A stretch of 60,773 bases of DNA from an uncultured Bacilli bacterium. Its GTDB lineage: Bacteria > Bacillota_I > Bacilli_A > RF39 > UBA660. The notes beneath the pieces are model-generated. The model saw only the letters and a list, made by a program, of their open reading frames with translations, did not search any database and was not told the origin of the DNA. Where the stretch lies: positions 1 to 60,773 of the forward strand of contig CAJOJO010000008.1 in the NCBI GenBank assembly GCA_905235045.1, written 5' to 3'. This document shows positions 26,678-35,540 of this stretch, in pieces (the stretch's first letter is position 1; each line of letters opens with the position of its first letter). Position numbers and translations under genes: made by a program.

Positions 26678-27967
26678 TTTTTCTTTTAATTCATTTTCTA
26701 ATTTAGATAAATCATTAGGACTCATAAATATTATAACTTCATCTTTATATTGAACTAATTTATCAGCTTCATCTATGTTTATACGATGTCCATTATTTAA
26801 TTCTTTAATTATTAAATCAGAAGTTATATTTGGATAATCTTCTTGTTTTTCACGAGCTGGATGAATATCTAATACATATGCTACATCAGCTAAATTTAAA
26901 GCTTCAGCCATACCACTCGCAAATTCTTCTACTCTAGTAAATGTATGTGGTTGAAATACAGCAATTATTTTCTTATCCGGATATTTTTGTTTTACTGATT
27001 TAATAGTTGCTTTCATTTCGTTAGGATGATGTGCATAATCATCAATAATAACTGTTTTATTTACTATATCTATACTAAATCTTCTTTTAGCTCCAGTAAA
27101 TGTTTTTAAAATTTTAGCAGTTTCTTTGGCTTCTATTCTTTCATAATAACATACCGATATACAAGCTAAAGCATCTAATAGCATATGTTTTCCATAAATT
27201 GGTAAATCAAAGAACCCATAATAGTTATCTTCAACAAACACTTCAAAACTAGTGCCATCAGTTTTATATTCTACATTTTTAGCAATTATGTCATTATCAC
27301 CATCTAAGCCATAATAGAATATTGGCTTTTTTACATCTAAATATCTTGTATAGTGGTCATCACCACAAGCTATAATCATTTTCTCAGTTTTATTCGCAAA
27401 TTCACTATATGCATCAATTACATCATTAATATCTTTAAAGTAATCAACATGATCTAAATCAACATTAGTAATAACTAAGTAATAAGGTGAATAATTTAGA
27501 AAATGTCTTCTATATTCGCAAGATTCTAAGATAAATAATTCATTTTCTTTATTAGAAAAACCAGTTCCATCTCCGATTAAGTAATTAGCCCCTTTACTAT
27601 TATTAAACACATGCGCCAACATAGAAGTAGTGGTTGTTTTTCCATGACAACCCGCAACACAGATGGTTTTAAATTTTTTTGTTAGACTACCTACCATTTC
27701 GGCATAAGTATAAATTGGTAAGTCAAGTTCTAAAGCTTTTTTTATTTCTGGATGATTATCATCAAAACTAGCTCCCCTAATTATTTTCATATCTTCTTTT
27801 ATATTATTTTCATCAAAAGGTAGTATTTTAATTCCTAATTCACGTAATCTATCCTCGGTGAAAAAGTGCTTATCTAAGTCACTTCCTTGAACTGTATAAC
27901 CAAGATTATGCATTATTTGGGCTAAAGCACTCATACCAGTACCTTTTATACCAACAAAATGATACAT
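26666..27967 (-). CDS. murC: UDP-N-acetylmuramate--L-alanine ligase
   Basis: 433 aa. It begins MYHFVGIKGTGMSALA and has the Mur ligase P-loop GCHGKTTTT. Confidence 0.95.
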   Translation of the reverse strand: MYHFVGIKGTGMSALAQIMHNLGYTVQGSDLDKHFFTEDRLRELGIKILPFDENNIKEDMKIIRGASFDDNHPEIKKALELDLPIYTYAEMVGSLTKKFKTICVAGCHGKTTTTSMLAHVFNNSKGANYLIGDGTGFSNKENELFILESCEYRRHFLNYSPYYLVITNVDLDHVDYFKDINDVIDAYSEFANKTEKMIIACGDDHYTRYLDVKKPIFYYGLDGDNDIIAKNVEYKTDGTSFEVFVEDNYYGFFDLPIYGKHMLLDALACISVCYYERIEAKETAKILKTFTGAKRRFSIDIVNKTVIIDDYAHHPNEMKATIKSVKQKYPDKKIIAVFQPHTFTRVEEFASGMAEALNLADVAYVLDIHPAREKQEDYPNITSDLIIKELNNGHRINIDEADKLVQYKDEVIIFMSPNDLSKLENELKEKLAN

Positions 27968-28045
27968 AAGACCACTACCTTTTCTATTTAAAGTATATCA
28001 AAAATATCTATACAAAACAATAATTTTAATGCTTACTTGACACTA

Positions 28046-29287
28046 TTAAACACTTGTAATTTCGGTATTTATATAGTAGTGTTTTAATATATCTTTATAG
28101 TTATAACCTTTTTGCGCTAATTTATTAGCGCCATACTGACTCATACCAACCCCATGACCATAACCTCTAGTTGTTATTGTGGCTGTTCCATTATTAACGC
28201 TTATATCAAAATCAGTTGATCTTAGGCCTAGTAAATTACGTAATTCTATACCGGTATATATTTTATTATCGATTTTTATTTCTTTAACTCTACCGCTACT
28301 TGTCCTTGATAATACTTCAATATTATTTAAATTAGTAACTCCTAGTATATTTAAAATATCTAATTCTGATTTTTCAATAGTTCTTAAATATGGCGTAGTT
28401 TCTAAATCAACACTACTTTCTACTGATTGAAGATAAGGTATATCATAACCAAATACTTCTTTAGCTGATTCAGTATAACCATTACTAGTAGAAAAATACA
28501 TCGCATTTATTAAACTACCTTGATATTTAATAACTAAGTTGTCTGTTTCTGAAACTGCTTGTTTTATTTTATTATAGTATTTATCAAAACTACTACCCCA
28601 TTTTTGTTGTAGTTCATTATTATCAGAATACGCTTGAGTAGATACTGTGTCCGTTAGAATACCACCTTCCTCTATTTTTTTTAAAGCATAAGTACGAGCT
28701 GCGATAGCTCCAGCTTTTAAGGCTTCAAGATGAAATTCTGCTGGCATTTCTGATCCTACTACCCCTATTAAATAGTCATTCATGCTTAAGTTAATAATTT
28801 CTCCATTACGACGATAAACCGTTATTTCATTCTTTGTTGTTTCTTCTACAATTGGTTTTACTTCTTCTACTGGTTGCGGATTATTTTGAATTTGTTGTTC
28901 TTCTTGTACTGGGGTACTTACTACTACTTCATTTGTTATATTTTCCTCTTTTATTTCTTCTTTAGGTTCTTCTTTATTAGTATTATTTACTATTGAATAA
29001 CCTGGTAATAATGTACTAGTAATATATTTATTTTCTAAAATATTTTTATCTGGATGATATAATAGTGTTCCTAATATAATTCCACCACTAACTAAAACTA
29101 TTTTCATTCCTTTTTTTAAATTAATTTTCATATCTTTAATATATTCACTTACTTTTTCAAATATACCGAATTCACTACTAAATTCATAATCGTAACTCAA
29201 ATAAAGATATAATGTATTATTTTCTATTTTATAATTTTCTATCATATTTTTATTATGAATAAAAAAAAGAAAACTATTAGTTTTCAT
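28046..29287 (-). CDS. spoIID: Stage II sporulation protein D (SpoIID/LytB domain)
   Basis: 413 aa with an N-terminal TM, a linker and the SpoIID domain (EMPAEFHLEALKAGAIAARTYA..., YFSTSNGYTE, GHGVGMSQYGA). Confidence 0.85.
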   Translation of the reverse strand: MKTNSFLFFIHNKNMIENYKIENNTLYLYLSYDYEFSSEFGIFEKVSEYIKDMKINLKKGMKIVLVSGGIILGTLLYHPDKNILENKYITSTLLPGYSIVNNTNKEEPKEEIKEENITNEVVVSTPVQEEQQIQNNPQPVEEVKPIVEETTKNEITVYRRNGEIINLSMNDYLIGVVGSEMPAEFHLEALKAGAIAARTYALKKIEEGGILTDTVSTQAYSDNNELQQKWGSSFDKYYNKIKQAVSETDNLVIKYQGSLINAMYFSTSNGYTESAKEVFGYDIPYLQSVESSVDLETTPYLRTIEKSELDILNILGVTNLNNIEVLSRTSSGRVKEIKIDNKIYTGIELRNLLGLRSTDFDISVNNGTATITTRGYGHGVGMSQYGANKLAQKGYNYKDILKHYYINTEITSV

Positions 29288-29396
29288 TAAATTAATATTT
29301 TATTTAAATTCATTAGCAGCAAATTTATTTCTTAAATTGTTAGATATAAAGATAAAGAGATTTATGATATACATTTAAATTAAGTATAATTTACAT

Positions 29397-29957
29397 TTAT
29401 ATTAATAACTTTAACAAATTATTTTCTTTACATAATTTTAAGATTTTTTCATTTCTTTTTTCTATCTCACCATAAACATCATTTTCAAAAGAAATTCCTC
29501 TATCTCTAAACGCCGAATACATTTCTTTTCTTCCATAGTTAAACTCCCATATATTTTTCTTAGAAGCAAAACTTCTTGTAAAGTTATATATAGCATAACC
29601 ATCTTCATCAACCGCAGCATATAATTGTGGTTTATGGTCATCACACGTAACTCTTATTACGTCACTTCTATCAGCAACTTTTCCCAAATACTCAATTTTA
29701 TATCTTCTCCCATATAATAGATTATTATTTTCTATCCATTGTTCTAATTCTTCACTTGTATCAAAGTATTCAGAAAAAAATACGCTAGATACACCATATA
29801 ATGTCATTTGCGATTTTGGAATTTCCTTTAAAGGGGATTTATTATCGATAGACGCCATATCATTTTCTACCTTTGATACATCTGTTGAAGCTTCATACAT
29901 CCTTAAGGCGTAACAAAGTTCTAATTGTTCATCCATTTCCTCTTCACTCATAATCAT
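29397..29957 (-). CDS. Acidic hypothetical protein
   Basis: 186 aa with RBS GGAGGT. No family recognised. It abuts the orphan copy of the ftsW 3' end. Confidence 0.6.
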   Translation of the reverse strand: MIMSEEEMDEQLELCYALRMYEASTDVSKVENDMASIDNKSPLKEIPKSQMTLYGVSSVFFSEYFDTSEELEQWIENNNLLYGRRYKIEYLGKVADRSDVIRVTCDDHKPQLYAAVDEDGYAIYNFTRSFASKKNIWEFNYGRKEMYSAFRDRGISFENDVYGEIEKRNEKILKLCKENNLLKLLI

Positions 29958-29997
29958 AACATTACCTCCAAAATAATTATATCATGTATTATAAACT

Positions 29998-30092
29998 ATT
30001 CCTAGATATATTTAAAAGTATTCCAATGCTTATCATACTTATTAATAAACTACTTCCACCATAACTTAAAAATGGAAGTGTATCCCCTGATA
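29998..30092. repeat. Orphan duplicate of the last ~30 codons of ftsW (direct repeat copy A)
   Basis: About 82 nt nearly identical (4 mismatches) to 31103..31184, then decaying. It would encode ...[29 protein letters not shown]. Confidence 0.8.
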
Positions 30093-31102
30093 CAAGTTTT
30101 TGGAGAGAAAATTTTATAGATTACATTTCTTGGGAAGAAAGAATTTTTTCTATATCTTTTATTATAGTTTTTTTTACTTTTTCATCTTGTAATATATTAA
30201 TTGAAGATTTTCTATATCCAATATGGTTAACTGAGTTACCTGAGTGATAAATTCTATTACTATCAATTATAAAATATCTATCATGATAAGTATCATTATA
30301 AATAATCTTTAAATTATTATATGTTTCATTATACTTATTTATATCTAATTTTGTTATTTTAGTATTAGATCCAGTAATTAATATTACCTTACATGTTAAA
30401 TTTTTAATCATATCAAGCATAGTTTTATCTGTATATCTATCTATTATGATTAATTCATTCTTTGCTTCATTAAAAATATCTAGTACTTTAGAATAAGCAT
30501 CATATCTTTTTCCATTAAAATACAATTCATTTTCTAAATTTTCTTCTTTAAAACTATCAAATGTTTGTTGGAGTAATTTAATATCATTAGTATTTTTCTT
30601 TATTTTTTGATTATCTTCTAGTACTAAATTATTTATATATCCTTGTTCTAATAAATTGTTTCCAATATAATGACGCATCGCTACGAATGTATCCATTATT
30701 TGTATATTAACAAAAGTAGCAACCTTAGATTTTAATACTGTTGCTAGCATATAAATTCCTTGTTCTGTAAATACTCTTGGATTAACACGAGACATATTGC
30801 TTATATTTGCGGTCGAAAATTTCGACCACAAATTGTTTTTCTCATCGTTACTTAGAACAAAACTGTATCTTTCTGGAAATTTTTCAGGATTATTTTTTAC
30901 AGCTTCATTTATTCTTTTGGTTTCAACATGATATAATTTAGCCAAATCAGAGTCGAGCATAACCTGTTTTCCTCTAATTTCATAAATCATATTTTCAATA
31001 TGTATTTCTTCTTTTGTAATTACTTCATTCATAGAAAACACCTCCAATAAATGTTTTCTATAATAACACATTTATTTTGAATATTTTGTCAAATTATGTT
31101 GA
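30093..31102 (-). mobile_element. ~1-kb single-gene insertion cassette in the dcw cluster, bounded by direct repeats of the ftsW 3' end
   Basis: Direct repeats at 29998..30092 and 31103..31197 bracket only the ORF6N gene. No recombinase is present. Confidence 0.4.
30121..31032 (-). CDS. ORF6N (KilA-N-related) domain protein with a C-terminal HDRYFIID domain
   Basis: 303 aa from the ATG with a GGAGGTG RBS. The N-terminus IRGKQVMLDSDLAKLYHVETKRINEAVKNNPEKFPERYSF...FTEQGIYMLATVLKS is typical of ORF6N. The C-terminal IIIDRY...HDRYFIID...YHSG pattern is reminiscent of PLD-like/MIT_C-type folds, which is an inference. Confidence 0.8.
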   Translation of the reverse strand: MNEVITKEEIHIENMIYEIRGKQVMLDSDLAKLYHVETKRINEAVKNNPEKFPERYSFVLSNDEKNNLWSKFSTANISNMSRVNPRVFTEQGIYMLATVLKSKVATFVNIQIMDTFVAMRHYIGNNLLEQGYINNLVLEDNQKIKKNTNDIKLLQQTFDSFKEENLENELYFNGKRYDAYSKVLDIFNEAKNELIIIDRYTDKTMLDMIKNLTCKVILITGSNTKITKLDINKYNETYNNLKIIYNDTYHDRYFIIDSNRIYHSGNSVNHIGYRKSSINILQDEKVKKTIIKDIEKILSSQEM

Positions 31103-32179
31103 ATTCCTAGATATATTTAAAAGTATCCCAATACTTATCATACTTATTAATAAACTACTTCCACCATAGCTTAAAAATGGAAGGGTTACACCAGTAACTG
31201 GAATTAATCCAACTACAACCATTAAATTAAGTAAAGTTTGAATAGATATTTGAAAAACAATCCCAAATGCTAAATATTTACTAAACAAATTATCAGCTTT
31301 TAAAGCTATTCTAATTCCCCTAATAATTATAATTAAAAACAAAGTGGTAACAATTAAAATACCCATAAAGCCAAATTCTTCTGAGATAATAGAAAAAATA
31401 AAATCAGTTTGTGGTTCTGGTAAATAAAAATGTTTTTGTCTTGAATTTAAAAAACCAAAGCCAAATAACCCACCTGGACCTATTGCATATAAACTTTGAA
31501 TAATTTGAAAACCACTTCCCAAAGGATCACTCCACGGATTTAAAAATGATAGAATTCTTTCCAATCGATAAGGAGCGATAATAATTAAACCTACTACTCC
31601 CAATATACCTAGTAATCCTATTTTTAAAAAAAATGATATTTTAACACCCGATATAAATAATAAACCGATAATTGACATTACGATAATAACTCCAGTACCA
31701 AAATCAGGTTGCAACATAATTAAAAGAAATACTAAACCAACAATCATTAATAATGGTAAAACACCTTTCATAATTTTATTTAATATTCGTTCATTACTAG
31801 ATAAATATTTAGCCGCATAAATAATTAATCCTAATTTAGCGGCTTCACTAGGTTGAATACCGAAAGATCCGATTCCAAACCAACTACGACTACCATTTCT
31901 AATACTACCAACACCTGGTATTATAACTAAAATAAGTAAAATAAGTGAAATAATTAAAATTAAGTTAGCTTTTTTTAATAATACTTTATAATCTAGTTTA
32001 ATAATTAAATACATTAGGAATAATCCAATTAAAAAAAATAGACTCTGATGTTTAACATATTTTAATGGATCAGCAAATTTATATTCCGCCCATACATATG
32101 AAGATGAAAAAATCATTAAAATTCCAAATAAAGATAAAACAATAACACTTATAAATAAAATGTAATCGATTTTTTTCAT
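31094..32179 (-). CDS. ftsW: SEDS-family peptidoglycan polymerase FtsW/SpoVE
   Basis: 361 aa, ~10 TM, with the conserved C-terminal [14 protein letters not shown]. It follows mraY. Confidence 0.9.
   Translation of the reverse strand: MKKIDYILFISVIVLSLFGILMIFSSSYVWAEYKFADPLKYVKHQSLFFLIGLFLMYLIIKLDYKVLLKKANLILIISLILLILVIIPGVGSIRNGSRSWFGIGSFGIQPSEAAKLGLIIYAAKYLSSNERILNKIMKGVLPLLMIVGLVFLLIMLQPDFGTGVIIVMSIIGLLFISGVKISFFLKIGLLGILGVVGLIIIAPYRLERILSFLNPWSDPLGSGFQIIQSLYAIGPGGLFGFGFLNSRQKHFYLPEPQTDFIFSIISEEFGFMGILIVTTLFLIIIIRGIRIALKADNLFSKYLAFGIVFQISIQTLLNLMVVVGLIPVTGVTLPFLSYGGSSLLISMISIGILLNISRNST
31103..31197. repeat. Direct repeat copy B (the functional 3' end of ftsW)
   Basis: See 29998..30092. 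Confidence 0.8.
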
Positions 32180-33156
32180 TTAATCACCAATACCGATATT
32201 AATGATCCTATTAAACCAATTAGCCAAAATAGTTTTACAATATCTCTTTCTTTCCATCCTAATTTTTCAAACGTATGGTGTATGGGGGCCATAGGAAAAA
32301 TTCTTTTTTTTGTTAATTTATAATAATATCTTTGAATTAAGCAAGATAATGTTTCAATAACAAAAACAATACCAATTAAAACAAGTAAAAACTCATGTCT
32401 AGTTAATATACTAATTGTTCCTAGAGTAGCTCCCAAGGCTAAAGAACCTGTATCTCCCATAAATACTTTAGCGGGGTTTACATTAAATACTAAAAAACCA
32501 ATTATACTACTAGCTAGAACAAAGCAAAACATACTTATTTCTTTATACCCTTCTAACCAACCCGTAAAATAAGTAATAATTCCCATTGTTATAAAAGCAA
32601 TTACTGATAAGCCACCAGCTAATCCATCTAATCCATCAGTTAGATTAACAGCATTACTACTAGCAAGTAAGATAAATAAAATAAATAATCCATAATACCA
32701 ACCAATATCAATTTTTAGTTTTAGTGATTGAAACCATATTAAAGGTTCATTTTCTTGTAAAAAAAGCATAAAGAAAATAATCGCTATTATAATTTGTAGT
32801 AATAATTTAGTTAATTCTGATAAACCATTATTATTATGTCTTTTAATAATTAAGAAATCATCAATAAAACCGATTAAAGCATAACTTAGAAAAGTAAAAA
32901 TAACAATTACTAAATTATAAGTAATAGTTATTTTATTAAATAACAAAAGAATTAGCATTGTAATAAGTGTTGAAATTATAAAGATTAATCCACCCATAGT
33001 AGGAGTTTCTTTTTTACTTCGATGTGTTTCTTCTAAATAGATGCTTAAATTTTGATTAATATGAAATTTTTTTAGAATAGGTATTATGCTTAAACCTAAA
33101 AATAATGATAAAAGAAGACTAATTAAAACCGCTAAAGAGATAATTGTTAAATACAT
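32176..33156 (-). CDS. mraY: Phospho-N-acetylmuramoyl-pentapeptide transferase
   Basis: 326 aa, with NAVNLTDGLDGLA and MGDTGSLALG motifs. Confidence 0.95.
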   Translation of the reverse strand: MYLTIISLAVLISLLLSLFLGLSIIPILKKFHINQNLSIYLEETHRSKKETPTMGGLIFIISTLITMLILLLFNKITITYNLVIVIFTFLSYALIGFIDDFLIIKRHNNNGLSELTKLLLQIIIAIIFFMLFLQENEPLIWFQSLKLKIDIGWYYGLFILFILLASSNAVNLTDGLDGLAGGLSVIAFITMGIITYFTGWLEGYKEISMFCFVLASSIIGFLVFNVNPAKVFMGDTGSLALGATLGTISILTRHEFLLVLIGIVFVIETLSCLIQRYYYKLTKKRIFPMAPIHHTFEKLGWKERDIVKLFWLIGLIGSLISVLVIK

Positions 33157-33164
33157 ATTTCACC

Positions 33165-35069
33165 TCATTCTAGTAATAACTTAATGGTTTCACCTTCATA
33201 TATACGTTCATTAGCTCCTGGGCTTTGGTATATTACTTTAGTACCAGTTCCAGTATATTCAACTTTAAAGGACTTTAATAATTTAAAAGCTTCATTTAAT
33301 TCCATACCAACGACATTAGGAATAGTAACATATTTCTTATCGTAGTAATTATAATTTTTTTCACTTGCTCCTTTTTGTTTTGGAATATTTAAAATATCAA
33401 TTGCGTCTAATAATATATTACGCGCTACTGGTGCGGCAACTGTTCCCCCATATTGGGTTACCCCTTTAGGATTATCAATAGCAACATAAACAATTACTTT
33501 TGGATCATTAGCTGGCATAAAACCAATAAATGATACAATATAATTTCCTATCATGTAGTGACCACTATCAACTTTTTGCGCAGTTCCCGTTTTGCCACCT
33601 ACTCGATATCCATCAATAAAAGCATTTCTTCCAGTTCCATTTGTTACAACGCTTTCTAAAGCATACCTTACTTTTTCACTTGTTTCATTGGTAATTACTT
33701 TTCTTACAATTTCTTTACTATTTTGTTTTATCACACTATTTGTTTCTGGTTCATTAATACTTTTAACAATGTATGGTTTTAATAAATAGCCACCATTTAT
33801 AGCGGCAGATACAGCTGTAATTTGTTGAATTGGAGTAACTGAAACACCTTGACCAAAAGAAGTAGTAGCAAGTTCTACAGGACCAACATTATCTAAATTA
33901 AATAAAATTCCTTTAGATTCACCATTTAAGTCAACTCCTGTTTTTTTACCAAATCCAAATTGATTTATATAATAGAACAATTTTTCTTTACCTAGTTTTT
34001 GACCTAAAGTAACAAATCCAGGGTTACAAGAATTTTCCACTACTTGTAAGTAAGTTTGGGTACCATGACCACCATGTTTCCAACACTTAATTCTAGCATT
34101 TTCAACTTGAATACTTCCAGAATCAGTAAAAGTATCTTTTTCTAAATCAACGGTATGTTCTTCTAAGGAAGCAGCTAAAGTTATTATTTTAAAAGTAGAA
34201 CCTGGTTCATAAGTCATCCATACTGGTAAATTTCGATTTATTTCTTCAACAGTATAATTTTGATAGTTAGTTGGGCTAAAATTTGGACGAGATGATATAG
34301 CCAAAATTTCACCGGTATTAGGATCCATTGCGATTCCTAATGCCTGATCTGGACTATATTTACTAACAACATTATCTAGTTCTCTTTCTAATGATGCTTG
34401 TAATTTATAATTAATTGTTAAAGTTAAATTCATTCCATCCTGTGGTTTTTCATAAGTTTCGGCTAATTCTAATTTATTTCCTTTTGCATCACCCATATAT
34501 TTAATTGAACCATATGTACCAGTTAAGTATTTATCATAAGTTAGTTCTAATCCGCTTAAGCCTTGATTATCAATACCAACAAATCCAATTGTATGTGATA
34601 ATAATTTATCATAAGGATAATCTCTCTTTGTTTCTTTTACTAAATAAACACCATCATAATTTAGTTCATTTATTTTATTAACAATATCATATGATAATCT
34701 TCTTCCTTCTGGATGAACTCTTTCAATTGATGTTTTTTTAGAAACGTGTTTATACATTTCTTCATATGATGTATTCAGTATTTTGGCTAAATCTCTAGAT
34801 ACTTTTTCTTTATCTTTTATTTGATTGGGTATTAAGACTAATGAAGCAGTTGTTAAATTATCAGCTAATATTACACCATTTGTATCTAGTATTTTTCCCC
34901 GATTAGCTTCAATAGGTAAATTTCTATTCCATAAAGATGAAGCTAAATTATTTAATTTTTTATAACTAAATACTTGAATATAAAAAACTTTAAAAATAAC
35001 AAGTAAAAATAAAATTATAATTAGCAAAGTAATTATTTTAATTCTTGTATGAATATTTTTAAAAAACAT
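33165..35069 (-). CDS. Class B penicillin-binding protein (PBP2B/SpoVD-like) with one PASTA domain
   Basis: The ATG at 35069 has a GGGTGA RBS. SxxK (STFK), SxN (SCN) and KTG (KTGTA) are present, plus a C-terminal PASTA. Confidence 0.9.
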   Translation of the reverse strand: MFFKNIHTRIKIITLLIIILFLLVIFKVFYIQVFSYKKLNNLASSLWNRNLPIEANRGKILDTNGVILADNLTTASLVLIPNQIKDKEKVSRDLAKILNTSYEEMYKHVSKKTSIERVHPEGRRLSYDIVNKINELNYDGVYLVKETKRDYPYDKLLSHTIGFVGIDNQGLSGLELTYDKYLTGTYGSIKYMGDAKGNKLELAETYEKPQDGMNLTLTINYKLQASLERELDNVVSKYSPDQALGIAMDPNTGEILAISSRPNFSPTNYQNYTVEEINRNLPVWMTYEPGSTFKIITLAASLEEHTVDLEKDTFTDSGSIQVENARIKCWKHGGHGTQTYLQVVENSCNPGFVTLGQKLGKEKLFYYINQFGFGKKTGVDLNGESKGILFNLDNVGPVELATTSFGQGVSVTPIQQITAVSAAINGGYLLKPYIVKSINEPETNSVIKQNSKEIVRKVITNETSEKVRYALESVVTNGTGRNAFIDGYRVGGKTGTAQKVDSGHYMIGNYIVSFIGFMPANDPKVIVYVAIDNPKGVTQYGGTVAAPVARNILLDAIDILNIPKQKGASEKNYNYYDKKYVTIPNVVGMELNEAFKLLKSFKVEYTGTGTKVIYQSPGANERIYEGETIKLLLE

Positions 35070-35099
35070 TATTTTCACCCAACTAATTATATGAGAACA

Positions 35100-35130
35100 T
35101 AAAAAAAATATGAAATTAATTCATATTTTT
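35100..35130 (-). repeat. Duplicate of the polC terminator hairpin (direct repeat copy 1)
   Basis: T-A8-TATGAAATTAATTCATATTTTT matches 35509..35539 (A7 version). Confidence 0.75.
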
Positions 35131-35142
35131 AATTTATCTTTA

Positions 35143-35448
35143 TTATTTTTTTCTTGAATCACCATTTTGAGCTATTAAATAACAGGCATAACGGGATAAT
35201 TTATAATCACGAATACTTCTTGTTGTCTTAGAACCAATATTAACCATTTTACCCACTTGGATAAAATGGTCAGAAACATTAAATTTACTATTTTCACAAG
35301 AAATCATGGCTTTATTAACAATTACTTGAAATTTTTGCCAAGTATTATATTCTAATCCTTTTTGTAATTCTCTAGCACTCCAATATTCATTACCAGCTTC
35401 ATCATAATGCTTAATACTTTCAAATAAATTATTTTCTAATTTTAACAT
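35143..35448 (-). pseudogene. dinD: Truncated DNA-damage-inducible protein D (DinD, Bro-N domain) fragment
   Basis: 101 aa. EYWSARELQKGLEYNTWQKF...DYKLSRYACYLIAQNGDSRKK matches the DinD N-terminus. Full-length DinD is roughly 270 aa, and this ORF ends at the repeat junction. Confidence 0.7.
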
Positions 35449-35508
35449 ATAAAACCTCCCTTAAGTTTTATATATTAGCAAATAAATATTTAAAAAAATG
35501 TCGAAATA

Positions 35509-35540
35509 TAAAAAAATATGAAATTAATTCATATTTTTTA
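35509..35540 (-). terminator. polC intrinsic terminator (direct repeat copy 2)
   Basis: The minus strand reads AAAAAATATGAA-TTAAT-TTCATATTTTTTT and overlaps the polC stop codon. Confidence 0.7.

Noticed and set aside
29462-29644. 60-aa ORF nested in another frame of the 186-aa gene.
   Set aside because: It lies on the same strand in an overlapping frame entirely inside a longer ORF that has a strong RBS. Its Met/Leu-rich translation is typical of an off-frame artefact.
29998-35540. A prophage or ICE spanning the ORF6N and DinD genes.
   Set aside because: The genes between them are core dcw genes (ftsW, mraY, pbp). There is no integrase, terminase, capsid or conjugation gene. The two insertions are separate small scars.
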